A stretch of DNA of 64,000 nucleotides from contig DAIDHJ010000001.1 in assembly GCA_027451965.1 (NCBI GenBank), positions 162,368 to 226,367 of the forward strand, written 5' to 3'. The DNA comes from Candidatus Adlerbacteria bacterium. Lineage in GTDB: Bacteria; Patescibacteriota; Minisyncoccia; Phycocordibacterales; SBAW01. This document shows positions 21,462 to 30,425 of the stretch, in pieces. Positions within the stretch are counted from its first letter, which is position 1. The number at the start of each line of letters is the position of its first letter. Made by a program: the position numbers and the translations under genes. The notes beneath the pieces were generated by a model. That model ran no database searches, had not been told where the DNA came from, and saw only the letters and a list, made by a program, of their open reading frames with translations.

Positions 21462-21486
21462 CCCGCATGAAGCGGGATATTTTGTT
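21462..21486 (+). terminator. Hairpin plus T-rich tract (cccgc-atgaa-gcggg atattttgtt) after ndk
   Basis: Read directly from the sequence. It abuts the next start codon. Confidence 0.35.
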
Positions 21487-22863
21487 ATGATACATACTAG
21501 TATGTCAGCAACCGTTACATTTTGCGGAGGAACCGATGAAGTGACTGGCTCCAATTTTTTACTTACTGCAGACGCCACACATGTACTTGTTGATTGCGGC
21601 CTCACGCAAGGCATTCCCGAAGCAGAGTTGCGCAATTGGGCCCCCTTTCCTTACGACCCGGCAGCTATACCATTCCTGATCGTTACTCATGCACACCTCG
21701 ATCATGTCGGGAAAATTCCAAAACTCGTAAAAGACGGATTTCGGGGACGTATTATTTCCACTGAAGCAACCAAAACGCTTGCAGAGCCGCTCCTGTATGA
21801 CGCACTAGAGCTCATCGAGCATCGAGCGCAACACCATGGAAGAGAAGCGCTGTATGGTAAGGAGGACATTGTCGCCACATTTCGCTTGTGGGAAGGCATA
21901 TCATACCATAAGGAACTCGTGCTCAGCGACAACATTTCGCTGACCTTATTCAATTCAGGGCATATTCTCGGTTCTTCCATGGCTCAGTTCAAAAGAGGAG
22001 AACGCAGCATTGTTTTTACCGGAGATCTCGGCGGCGGCAATTCTCCATTACTGTCTCTTGCTGATCCGCTTCCCCATGCGAACTACCTGGTTATGGAAAG
22101 TGTGTACGGAGATCGTACTCGTCCAGAAGATGATAATAGACTAAAGGAGCTGGAACAGGTGCTAAAGCATACTACTGAACGAGGCGGTACGTTACTTATC
22201 CCAGCGTTTTCTATGGAACGCACGCAAGATCTGCTCTTTGATATACGCTCTTTGTTGATAGAAAAACGTGTTCCTTCTATACCGGTATATCTCGACTCGC
22301 CATTGGCAGAAAAAATCACCACTGACTATATGCGGTATCCTGACTATTTCGCTCCTGCTATCGCTACTCGTATGCGCAATGGAGAAGCTATCTTTTCATT
22401 TCCGGAATTACACTGGATACAAGATATGAATGCCTCTCGTGCACTTTCTCATGCACCAAACCCTAAGATTATCATTGCTGGATCTGGTATGAGCAATGGC
22501 GGAAGAGCGCTATTGCATGAGACGTGGGTACTCCCTGATCCTTCCGCAACTCTGCTTATTGTCGGATACCAAGCTCCTGGAACGCTGGGAAGGGAACTCA
22601 TTGATGGTGCGCATCGCGTAGCAGTACAACATCAGCCAGTATCGGTACGCTGTCACATAGAGCACATTTTTGGTTATTCAGCGCACATGGATGGGAATGA
22701 GCTGCTTGCATTTGCACAGCAGGGAAAAGATACCTTGCAGCAGGTCTTTGTGGTAATGGGAGAACCCGCTTCTGCCGCATTTTTGGCCCAGCGCTTACAT
22801 GAATATGCCGGCATGGCGGCGGTTACTCCGTCACTTGGGGAAACAGTAACCATAGAACTGTAG
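21487..22863 (+). CDS. MBL-fold beta-CASP ribonuclease (RNase J / CPSF-like RNA-metabolising metallo-beta-lactamase)
   Basis: VDCGLTQG…LIVTHAHLDHVGKIP (HxHxDH), later GHILGSS and a C-terminal H. The domain order matches beta-CASP. Confidence 0.75.
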   Translation: MIHTSMSATVTFCGGTDEVTGSNFLLTADATHVLVDCGLTQGIPEAELRNWAPFPYDPAAIPFLIVTHAHLDHVGKIPKLVKDGFRGRIISTEATKTLAEPLLYDALELIEHRAQHHGREALYGKEDIVATFRLWEGISYHKELVLSDNISLTLFNSGHILGSSMAQFKRGERSIVFTGDLGGGNSPLLSLADPLPHANYLVMESVYGDRTRPEDDNRLKELEQVLKHTTERGGTLLIPAFSMERTQDLLFDIRSLLIEKRVPSIPVYLDSPLAEKITTDYMRYPDYFAPAIATRMRNGEAIFSFPELHWIQDMNASRALSHAPNPKIIIAGSGMSNGGRALLHETWVLPDPSATLLIVGYQAPGTLGRELIDGAHRVAVQHQPVSVRCHIEHIFGYSAHMDGNELLAFAQQGKDTLQQVFVVMGEPASAAFLAQRLHEYAGMAAVTPSLGETVTIEL

Positions 22864-22875
22864 TACACTACAAAA

Positions 22876-23529
22876 ATGGAACCGACGAATGAGCAATTGA
22901 AAATAAAATTAGGAATCTCAGGCGCTGCTGAAACCGGACATTGTGGCATTGATGCATATGACAAGGGGATTGCCCTGGGGGAAGAAATTGCTCGGCATGG
23001 TGGCGTGCTGGTAAATGGTGCCACGACCGGTTTCCCACTTTGGACAGCCATGGGAGCAAAGAAGGGAGGAGGGTTTACTATTGGTTTTTCTCCTGCGAGC
23101 TCTGAAAAAGAGCATATCGATTTTTACAATCTTCCGGTGGAATACATGGATCTTATTGTGTATACCGGCTTTGGCTACCCGGGGCGCGATCTTATTTTTA
23201 CGCGTTCGTGTGATGCCATGTTTTTTGGCTGTGGGAGAATCGGCACCATACATGAGTTCACGATTGCGTTTGAAGATCGTAAGCCGATTGGTATTTATGA
23301 AGGCGGCTGGGAAACCGATGAGGTGATTAAGGATATCTTGGCAAATGGCCATCGCCCTAACGATCATATTGTGTTTGATACCGATCCCAAGGCGCTCGTA
23401 GAGCGCGTGCTTGAGTTAGTGGAGAAGGATCGGATTAACCGCGCTTCCTTCCGGTTTGAGGCACCGGCAGAAGCCCCCTCCGAAGGAGGGGTGGCTCCTA
23501 TTTCAGAACCTCCTATGAAAGCTGCTTGA
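22876..23529 (+). CDS. LOG-like / TIGR00725-type Rossmann-fold protein
   Basis: IGISGAAETG…HGGVLVNGATTGFPLWTAMGAKKGGGFTIGFSP…CDAMFFGCGRIGTIHEF resembles the LOG PGGxGTxxE core. Acidic, low-complexity C-terminal tail. Confidence 0.5.
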   Translation: MEPTNEQLKIKLGISGAAETGHCGIDAYDKGIALGEEIARHGGVLVNGATTGFPLWTAMGAKKGGGFTIGFSPASSEKEHIDFYNLPVEYMDLIVYTGFGYPGRDLIFTRSCDAMFFGCGRIGTIHEFTIAFEDRKPIGIYEGGWETDEVIKDILANGHRPNDHIVFDTDPKALVERVLELVEKDRINRASFRFEAPAEAPSEGGVAPISEPPMKAA

Positions 23530-23863
23530 TGAGGCGAGAGAAGCTCTCCGGACGCTCTTCAGCGAGCTGTGCGAGCATCTTTCGATTTACGAGCACACCT
23601 TTTTTCTTGAGTGTACCAATGAGCTTGCTATAGGAGAGTGGTGAGGCGATTACATCCAGGGCGCCGTTGATACGGACATTCCAGAGTTTTCGAAAATCAT
23701 TTTTCTTGTCGCGTCGGTGGGCGAATGCGTATTTACCGGCATGGACGATAGCTTCCCGTGCTGCGCGTTCCTTTTTGCTGCGTGCAAACCGATACCCTTT
23801 TACCTGTTTGAGTACGTTGCGGCGGCGTTTCTGTGATGTAATTCCTCCTTTTACTCGTGCCAT
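23513..23863 (-). CDS. rplT: 50S ribosomal protein L20
   Basis: MARVKGGITSQKRRRNVLKQVKGYRFARSK…. Confidence 0.95.
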   Translation of the reverse strand: MARVKGGITSQKRRRNVLKQVKGYRFARSKKERAAREAIVHAGKYAFAHRRDKKNDFRKLWNVRINGALDVIASPLSYSKLIGTLKKKGVLVNRKMLAQLAEERPESFSRLIKQLS

Positions 23864-23867
23864 ATGT

Positions 23868-24056
23868 TTATTTCACTATGCTAATGTAGCGCTGGGTTAC
23901 TTTTTTGGAGAACGACACGTTTTGCGTGCGACGCCGATTCAGCTGAGAAATGCGGTTCTCTTTTGCATTAAAATGGTTCTGGCCCGGTTTACGAGCCACT
24001 ATTTTCCCGCGTCGCGTCAGTTTGAGGCGCTTGGTAAATGCTTTTGTCGTTTTCAT
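23868..24056 (-). CDS. rpmI: 50S ribosomal protein L35
   Basis: MKTTKAFTKRLKLTRRGKIVARKPGQNHF… is a 62 aa basic protein lying between infC and rplT. Confidence 0.85.
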   Translation of the reverse strand: MKTTKAFTKRLKLTRRGKIVARKPGQNHFNAKENRISQLNRRRTQNVSFSKKVTQRYISIVK

Positions 24057-24604
24057 TTTTTTGCGTCTTTTTCGATAACAACGGAAAGTCCTTTCGGGCT
24101 CTTCGCAATGGCATCTGCGAGCTTATAGGAGTGGGGGATCAGTTTTAAAAATCGCTCCAACCTTCCTTTCAAGAACTCAAATTCCATGTACTTGTACCTA
24201 CCCCACAAAAAGAGATCAATTTTCACTCGATGTCCTTCCTGGAGCCATTCGGCAGCTTTCTTTGCCTTGAGAGTCAAATCGTGGTCACCGGTACCTATCT
24301 TTACCTGTATATTCTTGGTTTCGGTGGCGTGCGATTTTGCCTTTATCTCACGGCGCTTTTTCTGCTGTTCGTAATGGAATTTACCATATTCCATTATTTT
24401 TGCAACCGGAGGATTGGCATTTGGAGATATTTCGATAAGGTCCATACCGGCATCCTCCGCCCGTTGCAGCGCGTCGCTCAATTCGAGCACGCCAAAATTC
24501 TCTCCTTGCGGACCGATGACGCGAAGTGTTTTTGAACGAATGTGATGGTTAATGCGCGTATCCAAAGTAAGTAAAAAAACTATACCACACATGGAAGCGG
24601 TCAC
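24053..24604 (-). CDS. infC: Translation initiation factor IF-3
   Basis: RINHHIRSKTLRVIGPQGENFGVLELSDALQRAEDAGMDLIEISPNANPPVAKIMEYGKF… parallels E. coli IF3. The track start is a GTG; the true, possibly non-canonical, start is unresolved. Confidence 0.9.
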   Translation of the reverse strand: MTASMCGIVFLLTLDTRINHHIRSKTLRVIGPQGENFGVLELSDALQRAEDAGMDLIEISPNANPPVAKIMEYGKFHYEQQKKRREIKAKSHATETKNIQVKIGTGDHDLTLKAKKAAEWLQEGHRVKIDLFLWGRYKYMEFEFLKGRLERFLKLIPHSYKLADAIAKSPKGLSVVIEKDAKK

Positions 24605-24658
24605 CTAGTGCCGCTTCTACTTGTTTTTTGAAGGGACTTTTTATGCTTGATTTGTGTA

Positions 24659-25156
24659 CTAGGGAGTTGCTACCCGGAAGCCATTCACACGATCTCCTTT
24701 TGTATCTCCCGATACAATATCTTTACTGTAGAAGTATAGCGGCATGCCGTTGTACGTGAGTTGGAGCGTACCGTCGTTTCTTTGATAAGTGCTGATAGTT
24801 CCAGTAATACCAGGTACTGCTATAAGAGAGGAGGAGGTAGAGATGGTATACGGGGGCCATAGGACTGCGCACGTACCGGTACAGTTACTGACCCCGTTGC
24901 TATCCTTCGTATACACGTAGAGTGTATTGCCATTTTCTGGAGCAGTAAGGTAGTTACCTGTTGTTGTACTCGTTGTAAGTGCTAATACTGCTGTTCTTCC
25001 TCCTATGTTGGTAGTTTGATCTACGGACGTGACGGGGGTATGTGGCGTTTGATGGAGTCCCCAGTAAATACCCAACAGTACGAGGATGATACTAATGGTA
25101 ATCCAAATAACCGTGGATGTTTTCATAACGCATGTAAAGGGTGGTAATAATACCAT
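24659..25156 (-). CDS. Secreted Yx(FWY)xxD-repeat protein (COG4315 / PF03640-like)
   Basis: Two repeats: LYVYTKDSNGVSNCTGTCAVLWPPY and LYFYSKDIVSGDTKGDRVNGF. TM/signal segment WITISIILVLLGIYWG. The probable start is the internal M at 25126. Confidence 0.6.
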   Translation of the reverse strand: MVLLPPFTCVMKTSTVIWITISIILVLLGIYWGLHQTPHTPVTSVDQTTNIGGRTAVLALTTSTTTGNYLTAPENGNTLYVYTKDSNGVSNCTGTCAVLWPPYTISTSSSLIAVPGITGTISTYQRNDGTLQLTYNGMPLYFYSKDIVSGDTKGDRVNGFRVATP

Positions 25157-25191
25157 TCATGATGCAGAGGAACGTCTGAAAGCAAGGTGAA

Positions 25192-27393
25192 CTATGCTTC
25201 CATTAATTTATTGAATACTGCCTCGAGTTCAGTAATGCTTACAGGTTTGGTGAGATGGTGTGAAAATCCAGCCTGTCGCGCTTTTAGTTTGTCTTGCTGT
25301 TGGCCGTATCCAGTGAGTGCGATCAGTGTGGGTGCATGGTATTGCGGGTCCTTTTGTATTTGTTTTGCAAGTTGGTATCCGTCCATGTCGGGTAGTCCAA
25401 TATCAAGTAGGACAATATCGGCACGAAACGTTTTCAATGTCTGTAACGCAGACGCAGCATCATGCGCCACCATGGTCGCATGCTCGTTATGTGCTAATAA
25501 TTTCTGCAGGCTCACTGCGGCCGCTGTGTTGTCATCGACGATGAGGATGCTGTACTTTTTGCCGCGTGATTTTCGCCGACGCTCTGTTTCCGGGGGTGTA
25601 TGGAATATCCGCGAGGTTATCATCGGCAGCTGCACGGAGGAAGACAAGGGGAGTGCAATCCAAAAGGTACTGCCATGACCGGCTCCCTTGCTTTCTGCCC
25701 AGATTTTTCCATGGTGCATTTCAACGAGCTGTTTGCTCAATGACAAGCCGATGCCGAGCCCCGTTCCGATCGGTGTGGCAATAGTGCCCTGTCGAAACGG
25801 TTCGAATATTTTTTTAAGGAGCTGTGGTTCAATACCCAGCCCGTTGTCCCGCAGAGCGATACGAAGTTCTTTGTTACTCTCTTGGGCACTCAGTTCAATA
25901 CGTCCCCCTGGATTCGTGTACTTTGCAGCATTGTACAGCAAGTTATTGATAATCTGTTCAAATCGGATCGGGTCTACCCGCATCCAAATAGGTTTTTCAG
26001 GCATGGATATGATGAGCGTATGGCGGCGCGATGTGTAAAAATCTTGCACGGTCTCTACACTATGTTCGATCAAGTCTTGTATCTGGGCACTTTCAATATT
26101 TAATTTTAATTTTTTTTCACTAATGCGGGAGATATCGAGCAAGTCTTCCAGTAATTTCACAATGGTGCGCAGATGTGATCCTATAGTATCGAGTGGTTCA
26201 AGAATAGTTTGCTGTTGTAAATCAACCGCACGCAGTTTCGCTATCTCCAATGAGCTTAGGATAGGTGCCAATGGATTACGCACTTCATGGGCAAGCGTGG
26301 CGATAAATTCGTTCTTTAACTTATCTTCCGCATTTAATCGCTGTACTGCGTCATCAAGTTGTTCCACAGTATGCGCTAGCGTACGGGAAAGCGTTTTCTG
26401 TTCTTCGGCAATGGAAGTAAATGAGATAAAGATAATGATAAGAAATCCTAGAAACAGTTCCAGCGAAAGAAGCCCTTCATAGGTTGATACGGTGACAAAG
26501 GCGCCCTTATGCAAGAATGCAGCGGTTAAAGTAATACCTGAGAGGAGGGTCAATGCGGCAGTAATACCACGCGGGCTACTGCGCAAAGCAGCCCACATAA
26601 GCGGAATGAAGATGAAGTAGATAATGGGAAACAGCTCTATTTCTTGTAAATTGGTCCAAAAAATGAGAAAGGAAAATCCGACCAACGTTGCAAACAGCAC
26701 TATGCTTTCTATTGCTTTTCTCCAAGAAGGTTTTACATAGGCAGGCGAGCACCACACTAAGATGAGCGGTGTGATAAGAAAGACACCAAGCAGATCCCCT
26801 ATCCACCACGTAATCCAGGTTTTGGAAAAAACGGCATGCGTGATGAGGCCCCCAAACAAAAGGCTGCCGGTTCCTATGCTTGCGCTGATCGTGGTCACGA
26901 ACAGTGCGACTACAAAAAAATAAAGCGCATCTCGCAGGCGTCCAAAACTCGGATCGATCGGCGTGTAGCGCCGCAAAAAATCAACACCTACTAGCGCTTC
27001 CAAGGTATTGCCGACTGTCATGCCAAAAGCGATCAGAAAAGGAGCACCAAGAGAAAGGGCAACAACCAATGCTCCTAGGGCAATTGCCGGCCATAGTTCC
27101 ATACCCCACAGAAACAGCGCAGCGAGTCCGATACCGGTTGGCATCCAGAGGAAAGTTGCGAAGGTGTGTACAGGAAACAAGGCAAGCCCGATACGAGCAG
27201 TGACAATGTACACAGTAAACAATAATACCGCTCGTACAATATATAAATGAGAAGTGAGGAAGGAGAATTCCGGAAAAAAGTGCCGTACTGGTTCTAGAAA
27301 AGGTATCGTTATTGCTGGACGATGAGTATCACCGGCAAATAGCTTTGTTTGTGCAGCGGATACATGTTTCTCTTTCCGCATAGTGTTCTTCAA
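25192..27393 (-). CDS. Hybrid sensor histidine kinase (polytopic N-terminal membrane domain, HisKA, HATPase_c, C-terminal receiver)
   Basis: H-box FIATLAHEVRNPLAPI, N/G boxes (LLYNAAKYT…GTGLGIGLSLSKQLVEMHHGKIWAES) and receiver ILIVDDNTAA…DIVLLDIGLPDMDGY…LTKP. Confidence 0.8.
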   Translation of the reverse strand: MKNTMRKEKHVSAAQTKLFAGDTHRPAITIPFLEPVRHFFPEFSFLTSHLYIVRAVLLFTVYIVTARIGLALFPVHTFATFLWMPTGIGLAALFLWGMELWPAIALGALVVALSLGAPFLIAFGMTVGNTLEALVGVDFLRRYTPIDPSFGRLRDALYFFVVALFVTTISASIGTGSLLFGGLITHAVFSKTWITWWIGDLLGVFLITPLILVWCSPAYVKPSWRKAIESIVLFATLVGFSFLIFWTNLQEIELFPIIYFIFIPLMWAALRSSPRGITAALTLLSGITLTAAFLHKGAFVTVSTYEGLLSLELFLGFLIIIFISFTSIAEEQKTLSRTLAHTVEQLDDAVQRLNAEDKLKNEFIATLAHEVRNPLAPILSSLEIAKLRAVDLQQQTILEPLDTIGSHLRTIVKLLEDLLDISRISEKKLKLNIESAQIQDLIEHSVETVQDFYTSRRHTLIISMPEKPIWMRVDPIRFEQIINNLLYNAAKYTNPGGRIELSAQESNKELRIALRDNGLGIEPQLLKKIFEPFRQGTIATPIGTGLGIGLSLSKQLVEMHHGKIWAESKGAGHGSTFWIALPLSSSVQLPMITSRIFHTPPETERRRKSRGKKYSILIVDDNTAAAVSLQKLLAHNEHATMVAHDAASALQTLKTFRADIVLLDIGLPDMDGYQLAKQIQKDPQYHAPTLIALTGYGQQQDKLKARQAGFSHHLTKPVSITELEAVFNKLMEA

Positions 27394-27650
27394 GAAGGAG
27401 TGTGCAATCGAATATGATCGAATTCCTGTAACAACACAATCGTGCGGTCCACCTGTTCTTCTAGAATATGCAGTTCTTGCTCATTAGTTCCGGTAAACCC
27501 TTCAAGTTTCAATAGTTCAATCGTATTTTTCATGATTGCGAGTGCATTGCGGGCATCATGAGAGAAAGTTTGCGCAGCTTTTTGCAATTCGGTGTCTGCT
27601 TTTATGTATCGCTGTTGTGACATGGTCTGCTTAGAGGATGCGCCGCTCAA
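27390..27650 (-). CDS. Small stand-alone DHp-like (HisKA-type helical) protein with conserved His, 86 aa
   Basis: FSHDARNALAIMKNTIELL resembles a kinase H-box, with no ATPase domain. Its stop overlaps the start of the hybrid kinase (ATGA). Confidence 0.45.
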   Translation of the reverse strand: MSGASSKQTMSQQRYIKADTELQKAAQTFSHDARNALAIMKNTIELLKLEGFTGTNEQELHILEEQVDRTIVLLQEFDHIRLHTPS

Positions 27651-27888
27651 ATGGTCAGTTGGCGTTCTAGTGCTTCTGTTGTCTCCCAGTGTAGTCGTGG
27701 GTGTTCCGTCTGTCTATGGTGCCACATATGGCAATGGGCAAGGTGCCTGTTCCCCGCCATTGTTATCTCATGGTATTTGCACAAAATGCAGGTGAGTACG
27801 TGTATTTTTATACTGTTCATACAGAGGTTCATGAATAGGCCGTGAAAGGACAGCGTATCTTGCAGCGGTTGAGCGCAAGGCGAAGTCA

Positions 27889-28914
27889 TTATCTTCTTTG
27901 CAATACCCGAAAAGGAATCATTTTTTGCAACAGCTCTCGTGCAGGAAGAATAGAATAAGAGGCAGCTGGTTTGGTATGTGCAGAAGGGAGATACACATTT
28001 ACGACGGTTCCCTTACCAAGGCTGCTTTGAATATGGATTTTTCCCTGATGCACTCGCACAATTTCACGCACAATGGTAAGTCCTAATCCACTTTTGTGCT
28101 GCATACTGCGCGTCCGGGATACATCAGATCGATAATACGGTTCTAGTATGTGCGGTAATTCTTCTTTTGCTATGCCAATTCCCGTATCGGTGATGGAAAA
28201 TCGTACTTGCCCATCTTCAACAGGGTGTACACGAAGTGTGACAATGCCGCGGTGATGCTTCGGTGTATAAATAAGCGCATTCTTCAACAGGTTCATAAGC
28301 ATTTGTTCAATTGCCGCAGTGTTTCCTCGCATAGTGCAACTAGTATCGATGCAGACCCGTATACGCACAGCACGTTCCTGCGCCAGGCGTCGGTAATATC
28401 TGGTGACTTTTTTAACGAGAGGAGAGAGTGCAATCATTTCAAATGAAATAGTTGCCGGTTGTGAAAGTGCGCTCAGTGTTAATCGATTATTGATGATTTC
28501 AGAAATACGTTCGGCTTCTATTTCTATAGATTTGAACTGTTTACGGGATGCGAGCGTAAGATCTGGAGCAAGAAGCGCTACTTCTGTACCGAGCATAATG
28601 GTGGAAAGTGGCGTACGAATTTCGTGTGATAGATTTCCGACAAATCGTTTTTGTTGTTCTAGTATCCTGTAAAAAGGTTCAAGGCATACTCGCAGGAGCA
28701 CTGTGGTGATAGCAATCATGGATACTACGCCTGCGATGCTTAGCGTGTATAGGTTGCGAGACAAGGCCAGTACACTCACCATACCCATTGCCGTTTCTGC
28801 GCTCAAAAGCAGAAGTATAGAAGTAGTGATTCGCAAGACAGCCTCGTGCCTATACCGTTTCTGCCAAGCGATACCCCACTCCACGCACTGTTTCAAATAC
28901 GGGTTCAGAGTCAT
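27889..28914 (-). CDS. Membrane sensor histidine kinase (2 TM, HisKA, HATPase_c)
   Basis: LSHEIRTPLSTIMLG H-box and LKNALIYTPK…ITDTGIGIAKEE…GLGLTIVREIV. It overlaps the upstream regulator by up to 65 nt, depending on start choice. Confidence 0.8.
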   Translation of the reverse strand: MTLNPYLKQCVEWGIAWQKRYRHEAVLRITTSILLLLSAETAMGMVSVLALSRNLYTLSIAGVVSMIAITTVLLRVCLEPFYRILEQQKRFVGNLSHEIRTPLSTIMLGTEVALLAPDLTLASRKQFKSIEIEAERISEIINNRLTLSALSQPATISFEMIALSPLVKKVTRYYRRLAQERAVRIRVCIDTSCTMRGNTAAIEQMLMNLLKNALIYTPKHHRGIVTLRVHPVEDGQVRFSITDTGIGIAKEELPHILEPYYRSDVSRTRSMQHKSGLGLTIVREIVRVHQGKIHIQSSLGKGTVVNVYLPSAHTKPAASYSILPARELLQKMIPFRVLQRR

Positions 28915-29527
28915 GAGCTAATTTTTTTCGCAAGTTTTTCATATGCACATCAAGCACGTTGCTCCAGGAGAGGGAATTGAAATCCCACACATGGTCGAAC
29001 AGTTTTTCTCGAGAAAGCACCGTCTGAGGCTCTCGCATAAAGCATTCTAGCAATGCGAATTCTTTGAGAGTCAGGGGAATTTCTGTTCCATCGCGTCGAA
29101 CCGTACGCGTAGATAGATCCATTTCCAATGTCCCTACTTTCAATATGACCGGTTGCGCTACTTTTGGACGGCGCAACACTGAGGTGATACGCGCTATCAA
29201 TTCCTCAAAGGAGAATGGTTTAACGAGATAGTCATCTGCGCCTTTGTTTAACAGTTCTACTTTATGTTCTGTTTCTCCGCGTGCGGTAAGGATAATAATA
29301 GGAGTACTTACTCCTTCCTTTCGAACATTCTCTGTAATCGCTGCACCGTCCATACCTGGAAGCATGAGATCCAGCAGAATAAGATCGTATTCATTTCGGT
29401 AGAGCAGAATACGATTACGGGCTTTTTCCGGATCCGCAAGCCAGTCTACCGCGTAACCGCGACTTTCCAGGCCGCGTTTTAGGGCTTTTGCCAGTTTCTC
29501 CTCGTCTTCAACAATAAGTAGATGCAT
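28850..29527 (-). CDS. OmpR/PhoB-family response regulator
   Basis: Receiver MHLLIVEDEEKLAKAL…LILLDLMLPGMDG…LTARGE…KGADDYLVKPF, plus a winged-helix C-terminus (…VWDFNSLSWSNVLDVHMKNLRKKL…VRGVGYRL). Confidence 0.9.
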   Translation of the reverse strand: MHLLIVEDEEKLAKALKRGLESRGYAVDWLADPEKARNRILLYRNEYDLILLDLMLPGMDGAAITENVRKEGVSTPIIILTARGETEHKVELLNKGADDYLVKPFSFEELIARITSVLRRPKVAQPVILKVGTLEMDLSTRTVRRDGTEIPLTLKEFALLECFMREPQTVLSREKLFDHVWDFNSLSWSNVLDVHMKNLRKKLAHDSEPVFETVRGVGYRLAETV

Positions 29528-29684
29528 ATATGGTTGAATGGTACACGTTGCAGGTGGCTAATATTCGCCTACCGAAGACCGTACCATGAAAAACATGAAC
29601 GATTAATGAAGTGAGATATATGTTGTAAATAAAGAACCTTTAGTACTTAGCAAAAATACAGGAAATCAGTGAAAAAATAATGAA

Positions 29685-30017
29685 CTACGAGTACAGGAGA
29701 ATACCCACCACTACTACATAGGAGAGGATACCCAGGAACAGGTTTGAGATTAGAATCTGCCCTTCTTTATGGAGCAGGCCATAGAAACTCCAAAAAAAGT
29801 TGATAGTTCCAAGCAGAAGCCAGGTAATGAGAGATAGGCCTTGCGCATTATGAGAAGTAAATAAAGAAAATACCTGTGGAAGTAAGGCTAGTGGTGCGAT
29901 AAGCGAGACACCATACATGAGAGAATCGAATAACCGTATAAATCGGTGTGGATGTGGGTACGGTTCCAATCCTTCAGAAGTTCGTTTTCTTTCAAGTAAA
30001 TGATGTATGCCGTCCAT
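29685..30017 (-). CDS. Hypothetical small membrane protein (3 predicted TM)
   Basis: Hydrophobic segments only. Confidence 0.4.
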   Translation of the reverse strand: MDGIHHLLERKRTSEGLEPYPHPHRFIRLFDSLMYGVSLIAPLALLPQVFSLFTSHNAQGLSLITWLLLGTINFFWSFYGLLHKEGQILISNLFLGILSYVVVVGILLYS

Positions 30018-30089
30018 ATGTTGCTAGTGTAGCAAAGTTTCACTCATAGTTTGAGGCCCCCGTGTTCATACGAACCCGAGGGCCTTTGA

Positions 30090-30302
30090 TTATCCAGAAA
30101 CTGGAATAGTGTGTTGATGAACGCACTCCTTCTTTTTTTCCTGACACAACGCGTCCAGTTTTTTATCGAATGTCTGGAGGGTCATGCCTAGGGTATGAGC
30201 TATAGCTCTGCGTTTTTCAGGATTTTCCAGTATTTCTCTGGCTCCTTTGGATTCTTGCAATACGCCAAATAACACGTCGGCTTCAAAACACATACCAAGC
30301 AC
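30090..30302 (-). CDS. Hypothetical small protein (70 aa)
   Basis: The ORF fits between the neighbouring genes. No recognisable motif. Confidence 0.25.
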   Translation of the reverse strand: MLGMCFEADVLFGVLQESKGAREILENPEKRRAIAHTLGMTLQTFDKKLDALCQEKKKECVHQHTIPVSG

Positions 30303-30425
30303 CCTTCAAAGAACAACCTCTTCTCCTTATGGAGAATGAGATCACCGTGCAAGGCGGTAATGTATATATTGTATGCATAAAATACGCATGATGCGAATGC
30401 GATACGCACCATTAAACATATTTCA

